A stretch of 64,000 nt of DNA, from contig CM106585.1 of the NCBI GenBank assembly GCA_048013815.1, positions 10,788,001-10,852,000 on the forward strand, written 5' to 3'. Source of the stretch: Setoptus koraiensis (Eukaryota; Animalia; Arthropoda). The notes beneath the pieces are model-generated. The model saw only the letters and a program-made list of their open reading frames with translations, ran no database searches and was not told where the DNA came from. Shown one piece after another: positions 38,809 through 48,551 of this stretch (position 1 is its first letter; each line of letters starts with the position of its first letter). Position numbers and translations under genes: made by a program.

Positions 38809-39455
38809 CACGATAAATGGGGGCTCCTCGTGTTGTTATTGTCGAGGCTGTTGCATTAGCATATCACTCTATCCATTGTTTGTTGTTGTTTGGTTGGTTG
38901 TTGTTGTTTGGTTGGTTGTTGCGTAAGAGCTAAACGCAAACACACACTTACACACGAACGCGCATTTCGACACACAATAGAATCAGTGTAGTCAATTAAT
39001 CTAGTTGATCACCCTAGCTTGACTCAAAGCTCACTCGCTCCATTCCGGCTACTAAAACTCGCAACTCGTCGCTCGCTTTACTCGGCTCTTCTTGCTGCTT
39101 TAGCTAACTTGAGTGTAAGTAAACTATTTGATCAAATTGATCCATTTGTTATGCAATTGTTATTATATAATTGAAATTCATACAAGTGATACAAAATTCA
39201 AGTCACTCATGCTGGGCTGTTGTTTGTTTATCCATGTGTGTCTATCTGTGTTTGCGGCAAACGTAATTGAATTGTCTGACACCAACGACCATGGTTGTGC
39301 CGCAATCGTGCTGCCGCTACTGCGATGGTATATGCAACGAAAATAGTACTAATAATAATAATTTTAATTTACACTTACAGTATCTCTTTCCAGGCGGCAT
39401 CGCCAAATAATTGCAACACCATATCCTCTAGGCAGCAATGTATGAAGCCGTACAT
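2066..39455 (-). CDS. GUCY1B1: Soluble guanylyl cyclase, H-NOX/PAS/coiled-coil/cyclase (whole gene span; beta1-like N-terminus)
   Basis: Firm join is complement(12542..13107,13815..13969,15297..18612,39379..39455). All introns are GT-AG with matching phases (2,0,2). The product starts [26 protein letters not shown] and carries [34 protein letters not shown] and RIGIHSG. The 3' extension to 2066 is less certain. About 1,370-1,800 aa depending on the 3' end. The symbol is family-level only. Confidence 0.88.
2552..2767 (-). repeat. Uninterrupted polyglutamine tract, 72 CAA/CAG codons
   Basis: 216 nt of (ttg/ctg)n on the plus strand, in frame with ORF 2066-3373. Confidence 0.95.
4385..4500 (-). 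CDS. Candidate alternative terminal exon of the sGC (…[17 protein letters not shown])
   Basis: cccAG acceptor at 4501-4502 is phase 1 compatible; the frame is open to TGA at 4385-4387. No homology support. Confidence 0.25.
4701..4760 (-). CDS. Candidate 60-nt symmetric (phase 1/1) sGC micro-exon ([20 protein letters not shown])
   Basis: Perfect G|GTGAGT donor at 4700 and a CAG acceptor at 4761-4763; preserves the frame. The polypyrimidine tract is weak. Confidence 0.3.
5426..5514. repeat. Nested inverted-repeat (foldback/MITE-like) element
   Basis: Outer 10-bp inverted repeat TCGTGAATAT/ATATTCACGA; inner 13-bp inverted repeat at 5432-5444/5458-5470; 18-bp perfect palindrome CGCGTGGATATCCACGCG at 5460-5477. 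No clear target-site duplication. Confidence 0.55.
7341..7460 (+). repeat. Minisatellite, 20-bp unit ACCAGAACAACCCGCCGYCT x6
   Basis: Direct inspection; the first and last units are degenerate. Confidence 0.9.
10421..10510 (+). repeat. Minisatellite, 14-bp unit CCAAAYRTCCAGCG x about 6
   Basis: Direct inspection. Confidence 0.85.
12542..13107 (-). CDS. GUCY1B1: sGC exon 4: end of cyclase domain plus Asn-rich tail
   Basis: cacaacAG|A acceptor completes CA|A (Gln) and gives [16 protein letters not shown]...KTYFITQY. It ends at G|GTAAGT; if unspliced it reads through to TGA at 12534. Confidence 0.8.
13714..13760. repeat. Perfect 47-bp palindrome (23-bp arms around one central base) in sGC intron 3
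   Basis: TATATCCGCACACTCACCTGTGT-C-ACACAGGTGAGTGTGCGGATATA. Confidence 0.95.
13815..13969 (-). CDS. GUCY1B1: sGC exon 3: cyclase catalytic core
   Basis: AG|ATG CGC ATT GGC... encodes [51 protein letters not shown]; donor CA|GTAAGT. Confidence 0.92.
15002..15133. promoter_or_regulatory. Cluster of three perfect RTTACGTAAY (PAR-bZIP/vrille-type) motifs in sGC intron 2
   Basis: Matches at 15002-15011, 15089-15098 and 15124-15133. Function is inferred only. Confidence 0.4.
15297..18612 (-). CDS. GUCY1B1: sGC exon 2 (3,316 nt): H-NOX, PAS, coiled coil and first half of the cyclase, with large polyQ insertions
   Basis: ACTAAC branch point and cgccAG acceptor at 18613-18614; donor CAG|GTGAGT at 15296; conserved sGC motifs throughout. 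Confidence 0.93.
20441..20513 (+). repeat. Minisatellite, 12-bp unit TCGGTATATTYG x about 6
   Basis: Direct inspection. Confidence 0.85.
30109..30193 (+). repeat. Minisatellite, 21-bp unit (CAGAACTYGCGCTGTACCCKS) x4
   Basis: Direct inspection; no unique spacers. Confidence 0.85.
33519..33620 (+). repeat. ATATCCACAC tandem units interleaved with (CA)n
   Basis: Direct inspection; shares the ATATCCAC core with the foldback at 5426-5514. Confidence 0.8.
38761..38802 (+). repeat. (AC)21 microsatellite
   Basis: Direct inspection. Confidence 0.95.
39379..39455 (-). CDS. GUCY1B1: sGC first coding exon (77 nt; not in the ORF track)
   Basis: ATG TAC GGC TTC ATA CAT...TGG AAA GAG ATA CT|GTAAGT encodes [25 protein letters not shown], the canonical H-NOX N-terminus. 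A possible 5'UTR intron lies at 39506-39990. Confidence 0.9.
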
Positions 39456-40666
39456 TGTGAGGCCGTTGTTGTTCAAGATGTTCTCCTGTTCTTGATTATA
39501 TGTTTCTGTATAATTATATACAGATTTCTATATGATGGATAATTTGCGTATATATATTTATATATACAGTCTATCTATTGAGTATTATTGCTAATATCTG
39601 AATGGAAAGTTTCTCGAGACTCTTGCTGCAGCCGTTGTATGTTTGTTGTTGTTGTTGTTGTTGTCGTTGTTGTCGTTGATGTCGTTGATGTTGTTGTTAT
39701 TGTTGTTGTTGCTGTTGTTGCTGTTGTTGCTGTTGTTGCTGCTGCGGCTGTTGTTGCTGTTGTTACTGTTGTTACTGTTGTGGTTGTCGTCACTGGGGCA
39801 CTATTGTTTCATTCATTCGTTCATTCGATGTGTTTAGTTTCAACTAGTCCATAATTCGCGTGCTCATTCACTAACGGAACAATCCAAACTGATCAGAGAC
39901 ACGACACAACAACTCAACAATTGCCGCGCCAATCGACCCCGCTCGCATTTAGCTATCATCACGCAAGCGCATTATACACAAATGTCTTACCCACCAACTC
40001 ACTAGTTTGCTCTCTCGCTCGCTAGCTGCAACAACTAACTAACAGGCCAGCGACTAAGAGGCTCTCCAAACCAACCATCAAGCCAACCAACCAACCAACC
40101 AGCGGTGGAGGCCAACGTGTGCTTGATAGATAGATCCGGGTTGTTTGGGCACGGTTTACGCAAGCGCGCGTTCTGTCACAACAACGTTACGTAACTAACA
40201 AATATAACGGCAATTGTATAGTAGTTACAAGATGTATAACTTTCAATGTGTGTGTGTGTGTGAAACATTGAACAACAATTTGATTGTCGGGTTAGTTTGA
40301 GTCTTCGTGGGTTCGGTGCTGCCGCAACACTTCGCGGTGAGCTAATACTAAACTGTATTAATATTAATGATAGAGAGAAAGAGAGAGGCACTGCCGTTTT
40401 GTCGAGCAATTGTCAATTAATATGGACAAATTGCAATTGCAAGCAAAAAAGCGCCACCAACTTTCGAAAAGCGCGCCACTAATCAAGTTTGACCTGGTGC
40501 GTTGTGTTGCAGCGTTCACAGTGCATTTTTGTGCGCTGTGAGATGAAAACCACGAGGTCTCAGAAATGTTATTATGTCATCTTGTTTTTGCGTAACACAT
40601 GTTCTCTCGTTTATACACATGTAATTATGCAGTGAATATATATTGTCACTTTTGACCAACAGCAAC

Positions 40667-42973
40667 ATGTCGTCGCTTGTTAGAATTAAGAACTTGCTAA
40701 ATCTTAGGCGAAATTTTGCCACCATAAGCAAAGTGCCCATCATTGAAGATGTGGAACGCATCCGAAACATCGGGATATCCGCCCATATTGACAGTGGCAA
40801 GACGACGCTCACCGAGAGATTACTATTCTATACGGGACGTATAGATGAAATGCACGAGGTCCGCGGCAAGGACAATGTGGGCGCCAAAATGGACTCAATG
40901 GAACTGGAACGACTAAGGGGCATAACAATTCAATCTGCGGCCACTTATGTCATGTGGAAAAAACACAATATCAATATTATTGACACACCGGGGCATGTTG
41001 ATTTTACCGTCGAGGTTGAACGTGCCCTCAGAGTACTAGATGGTGCTATATTGGTACTGTGTGCTGTTGGCGGTGTTCAATCGCAAACTATGACAGTCGT
41101 TCGCCAAATGAAACGATACAAAGTACCCTGTTTAGCTTTCATCAACAAACTAGACAGAACAGGATCGAATCCGGAACGTGTCCTACATCAACTCAGGGAT
41201 AAACTCAAATTTGACGCAGCCATGATTCAGGTGCCCATAGGTAATGAATCTCAACTGAAGGGTATCATTGATCTCATCAATGAACGGGCTATTTATTTTG
41301 ATGGTCAAATGGGAGAAAAAGTGCGCTTGGAACAGGAAATACCCAAAGATTATCAAGCAATAGTCAAGGATAAACGAAGTGAACTAGTGGAAACTTTATC
41401 TAATGTTGACGATGAACTAGGAACAATGTTTTTAGAAGATTTAAAACCTACCAATGCACAAATACACGAAGCCGTCCATAGAAACGTTCTATCCAGAAAG
41501 TTTGTGCCTGTTCTTTGTGGATCGGCTCTTAAAAACAAAGGCGTACAACCACTACTAGATTGTGTAGTCGATTATCTCCCAAATCCGTCGCAAGTTGTCA
41601 ATTATGCAATCGACGAATCTAAAAATCTAGATAAAATTGATAAACAAGATTCAAAATCTAAGGGGAAAAAAGGCTTGGATACCACCCCTCAGGAGTTTCT
41701 AAGAACTAACAAATTCCAGTCTGTTCAAAACGCAAAAGAGATCCGTGATGAAAGTGAAGACGATACAAAAGTGGTGTGCAATCCCGAACGCTCCGAAGCT
41801 CATCCACTGTTGGCTTTAGCGTTCAAACTCGAGGCGGGCAAGTTTGGTCAATTAACTTACGTAAGAGTTTATCAGGGCGCTCTGAAGAAAGGAGACTCAA
41901 TCTACAACACTAGGACCGGCCGTAGGACTAAGATAGGTCGCTTAGCGAGGATGCACTCGAACGAAATGGAAGAAATTGACATTGCCCTCGCAGGCGATAT
42001 TTGCGCTTTGTTTGGAATCGATTGTGCGAGTGGAGACTCTTTTGTTACAGACTCCAACTTGAAAATATCAATGGAATCAATATTCGTACCTGATCCAGTT
42101 ATATCCATGTCAATCAAGCCGAAGAGTGACAAGGCCGTAGATAATTTCCAGAAGGGAATTAAGAGATTCACCAGAGAGGATCCAACATTCAGATTCGAAT
42201 ATGATAGCGAGAACAAGGAGAGCGTTGTTTCAGGAATGGGTGAATTACATTTAGAAATTTACTCTCAACGCCTTGAAAAAGAGTACAACTGTCCAGTTGT
42301 CATGGGCAAGCCTAAGGTCTCTTATCGTGAAAGTATGACTAGCCCATGTTCATTTGATTATCTGCACAAACGTCAGAGTGGGGGTAACGGACAATACGGT
42401 CGCGTGGTTGGTATCGTTGAGCCACTACCGTCGGACACGAACACATCAATTTTGTTTTCAGATGAGACTAAAGGGACCAATATTCCCAAACAGTTCATTC
42501 AATACGTTGAGAAAGGCTTTAAGACAATGTGTGAGAAAGGTCCATTAACTGGTCATAGGATATCAGGTATAAAATTTAGACTTCAAGACGGAGCTTCTCA
42601 TATCGTGGACTCTAACGAATGGTCATTTTTAGAAGCTACTTATGGCGCGATGCGACAGGTGTTTGAGTTTGGAAACTGGACTCTATTGGAGCCCATCATG
42701 AAGACTGAGGTGACCAGTCCAAATGAGTTTATGGGTGATATTATGGGTTTGATCAACCGAAAGAATGCAGTTATACTGTCTACAGATGAATCCGAAGGAT
42801 GGACCACAATCACTGTGGAGGTTCCTCTGGAGGAGATGTTTGGATTCTCGTCAATACTTCGATCATCTACTCAAGGAAAAGGTGAATATTCGATGGAATA
42901 CTCCCGATACGCTGTTGCGAGGATAGACTTACAGGAAAAATTGAAACAGCAAAGTCAAAGTTCTTCTCGGTAG
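40667..42973 (+). CDS. GFM1: Mitochondrial elongation factor G1 (768 aa, intronless)
   Basis: Transit-peptide-like N-terminus; [44 protein letters not shown] and LLEP motifs. First ATG is at 40667 (the ORF track starts at TTG 40643). Confidence 0.97.
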   Translation: MSSLVRIKNLLNLRRNFATISKVPIIEDVERIRNIGISAHIDSGKTTLTERLLFYTGRIDEMHEVRGKDNVGAKMDSMELERLRGITIQSAATYVMWKKHNINIIDTPGHVDFTVEVERALRVLDGAILVLCAVGGVQSQTMTVVRQMKRYKVPCLAFINKLDRTGSNPERVLHQLRDKLKFDAAMIQVPIGNESQLKGIIDLINERAIYFDGQMGEKVRLEQEIPKDYQAIVKDKRSELVETLSNVDDELGTMFLEDLKPTNAQIHEAVHRNVLSRKFVPVLCGSALKNKGVQPLLDCVVDYLPNPSQVVNYAIDESKNLDKIDKQDSKSKGKKGLDTTPQEFLRTNKFQSVQNAKEIRDESEDDTKVVCNPERSEAHPLLALAFKLEAGKFGQLTYVRVYQGALKKGDSIYNTRTGRRTKIGRLARMHSNEMEEIDIALAGDICALFGIDCASGDSFVTDSNLKISMESIFVPDPVISMSIKPKSDKAVDNFQKGIKRFTREDPTFRFEYDSENKESVVSGMGELHLEIYSQRLEKEYNCPVVMGKPKVSYRESMTSPCSFDYLHKRQSGGNGQYGRVVGIVEPLPSDTNTSILFSDETKGTNIPKQFIQYVEKGFKTMCEKGPLTGHRISGIKFRLQDGASHIVDSNEWSFLEATYGAMRQVFEFGNWTLLEPIMKTEVTSPNEFMGDIMGLINRKNAVILSTDESEGWTTITVEVPLEEMFGFSSILRSSTQGKGEYSMEYSRYAVARIDLQEKLKQQSQSSSR

Positions 42974-43168
42974 TTTTTGTTATTGAGCTTTTTTTGAGCT
43001 TCAAAGTTTAATCTCATAAGTTCGAACGTATGCTTGAATGTTATGATATTCGTGGAACATGTTATTGTAAAATTTGAAATAAAAACGTACGATTTCCTGC
43101 TAATGGATTTAGCTTAGAATTTAAAACAGCCTTCTCTAACAGTGGGAATTGTCATTCAAATCATATTC

Positions 43169-45346
43169 TTACAACCAAACTACCTTTTGTAAAATATCTT
43201 TCTTGCTTAGATTGTTACTACGTCTTACAATCCCTTGAAATTCGAGATCTTGAATTGCATTGATAAATCTAGCTTTCAGCAATCCATCATCCTTTTTTAT
43301 CTTAAGTTTCTGGATTTTGGAGTCCTCATTTTTCTGAGGACCCCTTGTCTTTCTCCTCTTAGGGGGTTCCTCTTGTTCCATCTCACATACAATGTTGGTT
43401 CCTCTAGCTTGATCGGCAAAAGTTTCATATAGATCTTGTATGCACATATCTTCAGCTTCTTCGTAGATAATGTTGTAGAGCCTCTGGACGTCCACGTGTT
43501 GTTCACCTCGAGAACTAGTTGATGCTTCCACGTTTATAGACTCTTCCGGGCTACAAAACGATTGTCCATTCTCTTCGGATTTTTTTTCCGTGTCGATCAA
43601 TTCTAATCGAGACGTATACCTATTCGAAGATACACATTGCTCATTCATACTATCTACGTTGTCAAAGTAAACGATCTCGTGAAGAGGCATTCTGAGGGGA
43701 TTCTTGATTGTTGCTGCGTGTTCGAGGAGTTCCTCACCGAATTGTATGAGCAATGAGTTGTTTTTTTCTTTCTGCTTTTTAGACATTTCATCTAACTCAT
43801 CTTTCATACGCTGTTTCGCTTTGGAAGCTTTAGATCTCAAACCGAGCGATTCACTTGAGTCTGAGAAGGGATTCTGCTTGAAACTGGATTCATTCAAAGC
43901 CCAACCTATGTCTTCAAGGGTTCTAGTACCAGGGGTAACTTTCGTTCCTAAAATAACCTGACAGTCTTTCATTTTCATAATAGAGGCTTGGGATCGTTCA
44001 GTTAACTTGATGGAAAATTTTTTGATAATTTTGATAAGGTCTTTTTCCTCAAACTCTTGAGGACAAGACTTCACATTCTCTAGGCACTTGTCTAATCTTC
44101 GCAGCGCTCTATCAATACTTAATTTAGTGAATGAGCTCCTTGCCTCGTAAAATTCTGAAGATTTTCCGAGGTGTTCATCCACGAAAACCATTTGATACAA
44201 TTCATGAAGTGAACTTGGAAAGTTAATACCCATCTCGTCACGTAGTAGATGAAAGTAGTAGCTGAGTTGCGACATGAGGTACTTATGGTATAATGTGAGA
44301 TCCTTCACCTCTGATACAATCTTCTCCCTGGTAGTTTTTTTATTGTCCCAATCTATACTTGAAAATTCACTTGTGTCATCATTCGTTGCTCGAATAACAG
44401 AGGGTAAGTTTCTAACAGAACTGATGGCCGAGTCGAGTCGCTTGTTGAAGTTCGCCTTGCTCAAACCAGATTTTGGTTTGATCAACTCTGGTATGAAAGA
44501 TGTTTCATTATCATAGTGCTCTCTTAAGGCATAGGTATAGAGATACTTTGTGTGAGCGACCGTAGGGTCTCTCAATGTAAATTGGTTCCACAAAAATGAA
44601 ATCATCCTGGGACCTAGTTTGAAAGATATGTCATCATCTTCTAGCAACACTTGCATCACCTCTTCAACAGCCTCTCGATCCTGATCGAGCCTAACAACAG
44701 GAATTGGATTTGGCCTGATCATCCTCTGACGGTCGGGTGTCAGTATATAATTGATAGGAGGTCTGTCTGAGGCCATACAGAATATTAGTATAATATTAGG
44801 TTTGTCTTTGGATTCCGAATCAATAGTAGTTAGTCTAGTCATCATGTAATCTAAACAAAGTCGATCAATCAATTGAGTTTGTTCGAGAATCAAGACAACA
44901 TTTTTTGTTTGCGAAACTTCTTTTTCTACCAAGTTATTAATCACTTTCTTTTGTTTTATCAGTTTTGGTGTTAAACGTATTGTACGCATTTTGATATTAG
45001 CGAATCTTTCCTCAATTGCAGATGCAATATTTTCCAATGTCGGAGAGTGATCGCTGACATGCATACCTAATATTATGGCCATTGCATGAAGGTATCTGAA
45101 TGTGTCGTTCAAGAAGACAGACGGCCCCAGAAAAGTTTTAATATAATGTTCTATTCCTTCGATGAGGTGCCGATTTCTCTGAAGAAGTAAGTCATTGAAC
45201 TTGGAATCACAAATGGCCAGTTGTTTCTTTAGCATTTCGTCATAGATCTTATCCTGGGTATCATCCTCGTCCTCAGTGGAAGGCGGATCTTCTTCTATTT
45301 CCCAGGGCATGAAGCTGAGATCGATACAATTTTTTGGTACGTCCAT
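43169..45346 (-). CDS. ORC3: Origin recognition complex subunit 3 (divergent, intronless)
   Basis: AAA+-like VVLILEQTQ…IILIFCMASD segment, PLRMPLHEIVYF, and a C-terminal winged-helix ARFINAIQDLEFQGIV…KVVW; 725 aa. Confidence 0.75.
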   Translation of the reverse strand: MDVPKNCIDLSFMPWEIEEDPPSTEDEDDTQDKIYDEMLKKQLAICDSKFNDLLLQRNRHLIEGIEHYIKTFLGPSVFLNDTFRYLHAMAIILGMHVSDHSPTLENIASAIEERFANIKMRTIRLTPKLIKQKKVINNLVEKEVSQTKNVVLILEQTQLIDRLCLDYMMTRLTTIDSESKDKPNIILIFCMASDRPPINYILTPDRQRMIRPNPIPVVRLDQDREAVEEVMQVLLEDDDISFKLGPRMISFLWNQFTLRDPTVAHTKYLYTYALREHYDNETSFIPELIKPKSGLSKANFNKRLDSAISSVRNLPSVIRATNDDTSEFSSIDWDNKKTTREKIVSEVKDLTLYHKYLMSQLSYYFHLLRDEMGINFPSSLHELYQMVFVDEHLGKSSEFYEARSSFTKLSIDRALRRLDKCLENVKSCPQEFEEKDLIKIIKKFSIKLTERSQASIMKMKDCQVILGTKVTPGTRTLEDIGWALNESSFKQNPFSDSSESLGLRSKASKAKQRMKDELDEMSKKQKEKNNSLLIQFGEELLEHAATIKNPLRMPLHEIVYFDNVDSMNEQCVSSNRYTSRLELIDTEKKSEENGQSFCSPEESINVEASTSSRGEQHVDVQRLYNIIYEEAEDMCIQDLYETFADQARGTNIVCEMEQEEPPKRRKTRGPQKNEDSKIQKLKIKKDDGLLKARFINAIQDLEFQGIVRRSNNLSKKDILQKVVWL

Positions 45347-45743
45347 GATAAACGTGTTTGCGTGATAATAGTGAGCTTATCTAATAATAATAATGCTTTG
45401 TATAGGAAAATGATTACTATATTATGAAAGAGTGTCAGAACTGAAACACGTTTTTTGATTGATGAAACCAACGGTCGTTAATCTGACATTCTGAATACAG
45501 TCTGGTACAAATGTGGTATCATGCGCGACATTTTTAAAACATCCCCGCACGGTATAACGCGGGATGTTCCCGTGAGCCACGGGCCGTAACAACCCGCGTT
45601 TTTCTGCTTCAGCACACCACACGTGTCGTTGAAACCCGTTACACCCCAAAGCATTGATAAATAAAAAAGTCATGAATCATGGTAGGAACACGAACGAAAT
45701 CAAGGCTAACAACATTTGGTATTTATCGTTGAAAAAGATAGTG

Positions 45744-46649
45744 CTAGGGATAATAATTATTAAGTTTTATTAGGCGAGATGGCTCGACTTTATGGCGACA
45801 GACAGCACACTCCTGTTTGTATTTCAGCCACTGATGAATACATTCCCAACAATAAAGGTGACCGCACAAGGTACTTGTTGAATGTCGTCGAGGCTCCATA
45901 CACAAAGCACATCTAGTCTTACTATCGCTAATGGAGATGGTCTTTTCAGAAACAGTTTTCCCCTCGGAATATTCTCTACCTTGGCTCTCTGATTTCTTTA
46001 ATTTCGTTATACCTACTAATAATTCTACCATATACAAAAAACCAATGATTTTGTAGGCGGTTTTAAATCTTTGCGAGAAATGTAGTGTACTATCATTGAC
46101 ACCATAATTTGCGTTCATTAAGCGATTGCTCAAATGATAATAGTTTCCGTATAGAAAAAAAGCAACTAGGTGTGCTTTGTAAATCAGTGCAAGCTTTTGC
46201 TCTATGGATTTACTATCTAGTTTGCTTCCCATCGATTGCACGATATTCTTAATAAATTGGTTATCTTTGTTTCCTTGTGCTAATGTAGTGAGCTGTTTAA
46301 CCAGGTATTTTAAAATTTGACTGTCAAATGATTGCATTGAAACCATGAGTAAACGATTCAATAGGGACGGTGTCTGACCCGAAATGATATCTGTCACCAG
46401 AGTCACATTAGTGTACTCCTCTCCCAATGTTTTTCTATTTGACATAGTGGTGAATGCATAATAGGTGAATCGTGACACCGAAGAGATTACATTGCGAAAA
46501 TTCACCCAGGTCCTATTTCCGAGGAGCTGCTGTACGGCCTCATGGATGTCTGCATCAATCCACAGATTGTAATATTGGTCATCCTTTTGAGATGAACAAA
46601 TGATCTCAGCTTGTGATGCTGGCCATAACTGATAGTGTGTATTAGTCAT
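45744..46649 (-). CDS. PEX10: Peroxisome biogenesis factor 10 (RING E3 ligase)
   Basis: N-terminal A-x-x-x-EI-x-x-S-x-QKD, TLGEEY motif, and a C-terminal C3HC4 RING (CALC…CGHLYCWEC…CAVC). Confidence 0.92.
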   Translation of the reverse strand: MTNTHYQLWPASQAEIICSSQKDDQYYNLWIDADIHEAVQQLLGNRTWVNFRNVISSVSRFTYYAFTTMSNRKTLGEEYTNVTLVTDIISGQTPSLLNRLLMVSMQSFDSQILKYLVKQLTTLAQGNKDNQFIKNIVQSMGSKLDSKSIEQKLALIYKAHLVAFFLYGNYYHLSNRLMNANYGVNDSTLHFSQRFKTAYKIIGFLYMVELLVGITKLKKSESQGREYSEGKTVSEKTISISDSKTRCALCMEPRRHSTSTLCGHLYCWECIHQWLKYKQECAVCRHKVEPSRLIKLNNYYP

Positions 46650-47084
46650 TATCTTGTCGTTGTAATACAGTTACTGGCCAATAAAATTTACACAGGCAGT
46701 CAGATCCATAAAACGATTTGTCGATTCCTGAAGAAATAAAATGAAGTATGCTGGTGCTGGTTGAGAACGCCAAATTTGAAAATAATGAATATACTTCGGA
46801 GAATTTTCATTACCTTAAAATAAGCATTCTATGCACTCGTTTATGAACACAGTATACATTCCTATGCGTCTTCATTATTTCATGATTTATATTGCGCGCC
46901 TCTGGTCATGGTCGAACTTTCTGCAAATGGCTGAATTTCACTGTTGTCCATTCTGATTGAATTATCTTTTCGGTAACACTCATATGAAGCGTATCAGCGA
47001 AACGTGAGCCCGGTGAGCTCGCTTACATAAGTCCAATGCAAAACCAAGATTCACTCAGTCAATAACCCTATCAAATTTCTCACC

Positions 47085-48344
47085 ATGACCTCATCATCAT
47101 CAGGTGTATCTTGGATTAAGGAAAAGGTTAATACGTTGTTTTCATCGGTCTCATTGTCCTATTTATTCAATTCACATAACGGACCCACCAGACCCAGGAA
47201 GCCAGAGAACCAATTTCGAGCAAAACCCACTAAATATTTAACCCCATTTATAAAACCAGTAACTCCTTCTGACGTCAGCTATCCAATATTCAAACATGTT
47301 TCTGATAATACTTTCAGGGTGGTCGACGAAAATCTACCCTCCAGCTCAAAAATTAAAGCTTATGACGTTTTTGAAAAGGAGTACGACAAAATTTTTCCAC
47401 AAAACATTAGCTACAAGAGGGAAAGCGCATTCAAGATTGCAGCTGATGCTAGAATAGCAGAGAAGGCCAAACAACTCAGAGATAAAAGGTATCAAGAAGA
47501 ACAACTACGAATCAGAACCGACAGAGAAGCCCTAGCCGAACAAGTGAGACGTCCTATACAAAAACAATATACATCATCTTTTGAGGCTTTTCATGATGCA
47601 AGTGAACTACATCAGGACAGAGATCTTATCGATCGCAAAGAATTCTATAGAAAACGTCCATTGCCAAAATTGACTAGTGATCATTTGAAGCTTCTAGATA
47701 GAGCCTGCAGGTACCAACCTGTGGACGAAATTCTCGTCGAGCTTCAAGGAGTACGGATAACGCGCAAGGACATACACACTCTTATGGGTCTCAATTGGTT
47801 GAACGACGAAGTCATTAATTTCTACATGACCCTCATCGTAGAACGAGCCAAACTTTCAACCAAGCTACCGAAGGTCTACACCTTTAACACTTTCTTCTAT
47901 ACCAAGCTACGCTCATCTGGTCATTCTTCGTTGAAGAGGTGGACCCGAAAAGTTGACATTTTCAGCTATGATCTCTTAACTATACCTGTACACGTTGGTC
48001 AGAACCATTGGTGCCTGGCATTGATAGACTTTAAAAATAAGAAAATATCATATTGTGATAGTCTCGGCGGTTCGCCTCAAGGCTGCCACGCAACACTGGC
48101 AGACTATCTTCGAGATGAATCCCTCGACAAGAAGAACAAGGAATATTGTTTAGACGGATGGGAATTTCACACAGCTTATGATGATATACCGCAGCAAAAG
48201 AATGGGTCAGATTGTGGTGTGTTTACATGTACTTATGCTGAGTATTTATCTAGAGAGGTACAACTTGATTTTGAACAAAAAGATATGCCTTATTTCAGAA
48301 AGAAAATGATTGTTGAAATAATGTTGAAAAGACTTCTTACTTGA
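47085..48344 (+). CDS. SENP1: SENP1/Ulp1-type SUMO protease (C48)
   Basis: WLNDEVINFY, catalytic HW (NHWCL), Asp in LIDF, and QQKNGSDCGVF with the catalytic Cys. Confidence 0.85.
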   Translation: MTSSSSGVSWIKEKVNTLFSSVSLSYLFNSHNGPTRPRKPENQFRAKPTKYLTPFIKPVTPSDVSYPIFKHVSDNTFRVVDENLPSSSKIKAYDVFEKEYDKIFPQNISYKRESAFKIAADARIAEKAKQLRDKRYQEEQLRIRTDREALAEQVRRPIQKQYTSSFEAFHDASELHQDRDLIDRKEFYRKRPLPKLTSDHLKLLDRACRYQPVDEILVELQGVRITRKDIHTLMGLNWLNDEVINFYMTLIVERAKLSTKLPKVYTFNTFFYTKLRSSGHSSLKRWTRKVDIFSYDLLTIPVHVGQNHWCLALIDFKNKKISYCDSLGGSPQGCHATLADYLRDESLDKKNKEYCLDGWEFHTAYDDIPQQKNGSDCGVFTCTYAEYLSREVQLDFEQKDMPYFRKKMIVEIMLKRLLT

Positions 48345-48551
48345 TCTAATGAATTTTGGATACTTTCGTTAGTAGTAGTGATAAATGAAATACGGCTTAG
48401 CGCGCTTGAATGTTCTGATAGCAATGAATCTCGAATAATTGTTACAAAAATCTATGTTGGGCAAAAGCAGTATAAATAGAAAACGTTATGAGACGATAAG
48501 AACTTATGTACAGACAGAGACAGTTTGTATAGTTGAGACGGATGGTTTTAT

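Larger units (their letters stand above)
18613..39378 (-). other. sGC intron 1, 20,766 nt
   Basis: GTAAGT donor at 39378 and AG acceptor at 18613. A phase-2 join restores the H-NOX N-terminus. No identifiable nested gene. Confidence 0.82.

Noticed and set aside
40667-42973. Bacterial or horizontally acquired fusA
   Set aside because: It has a transit-peptide-like N-terminus and mitochondrial EF-G1 features and sits among eukaryotic genes; it is the normal nuclear GFM1.
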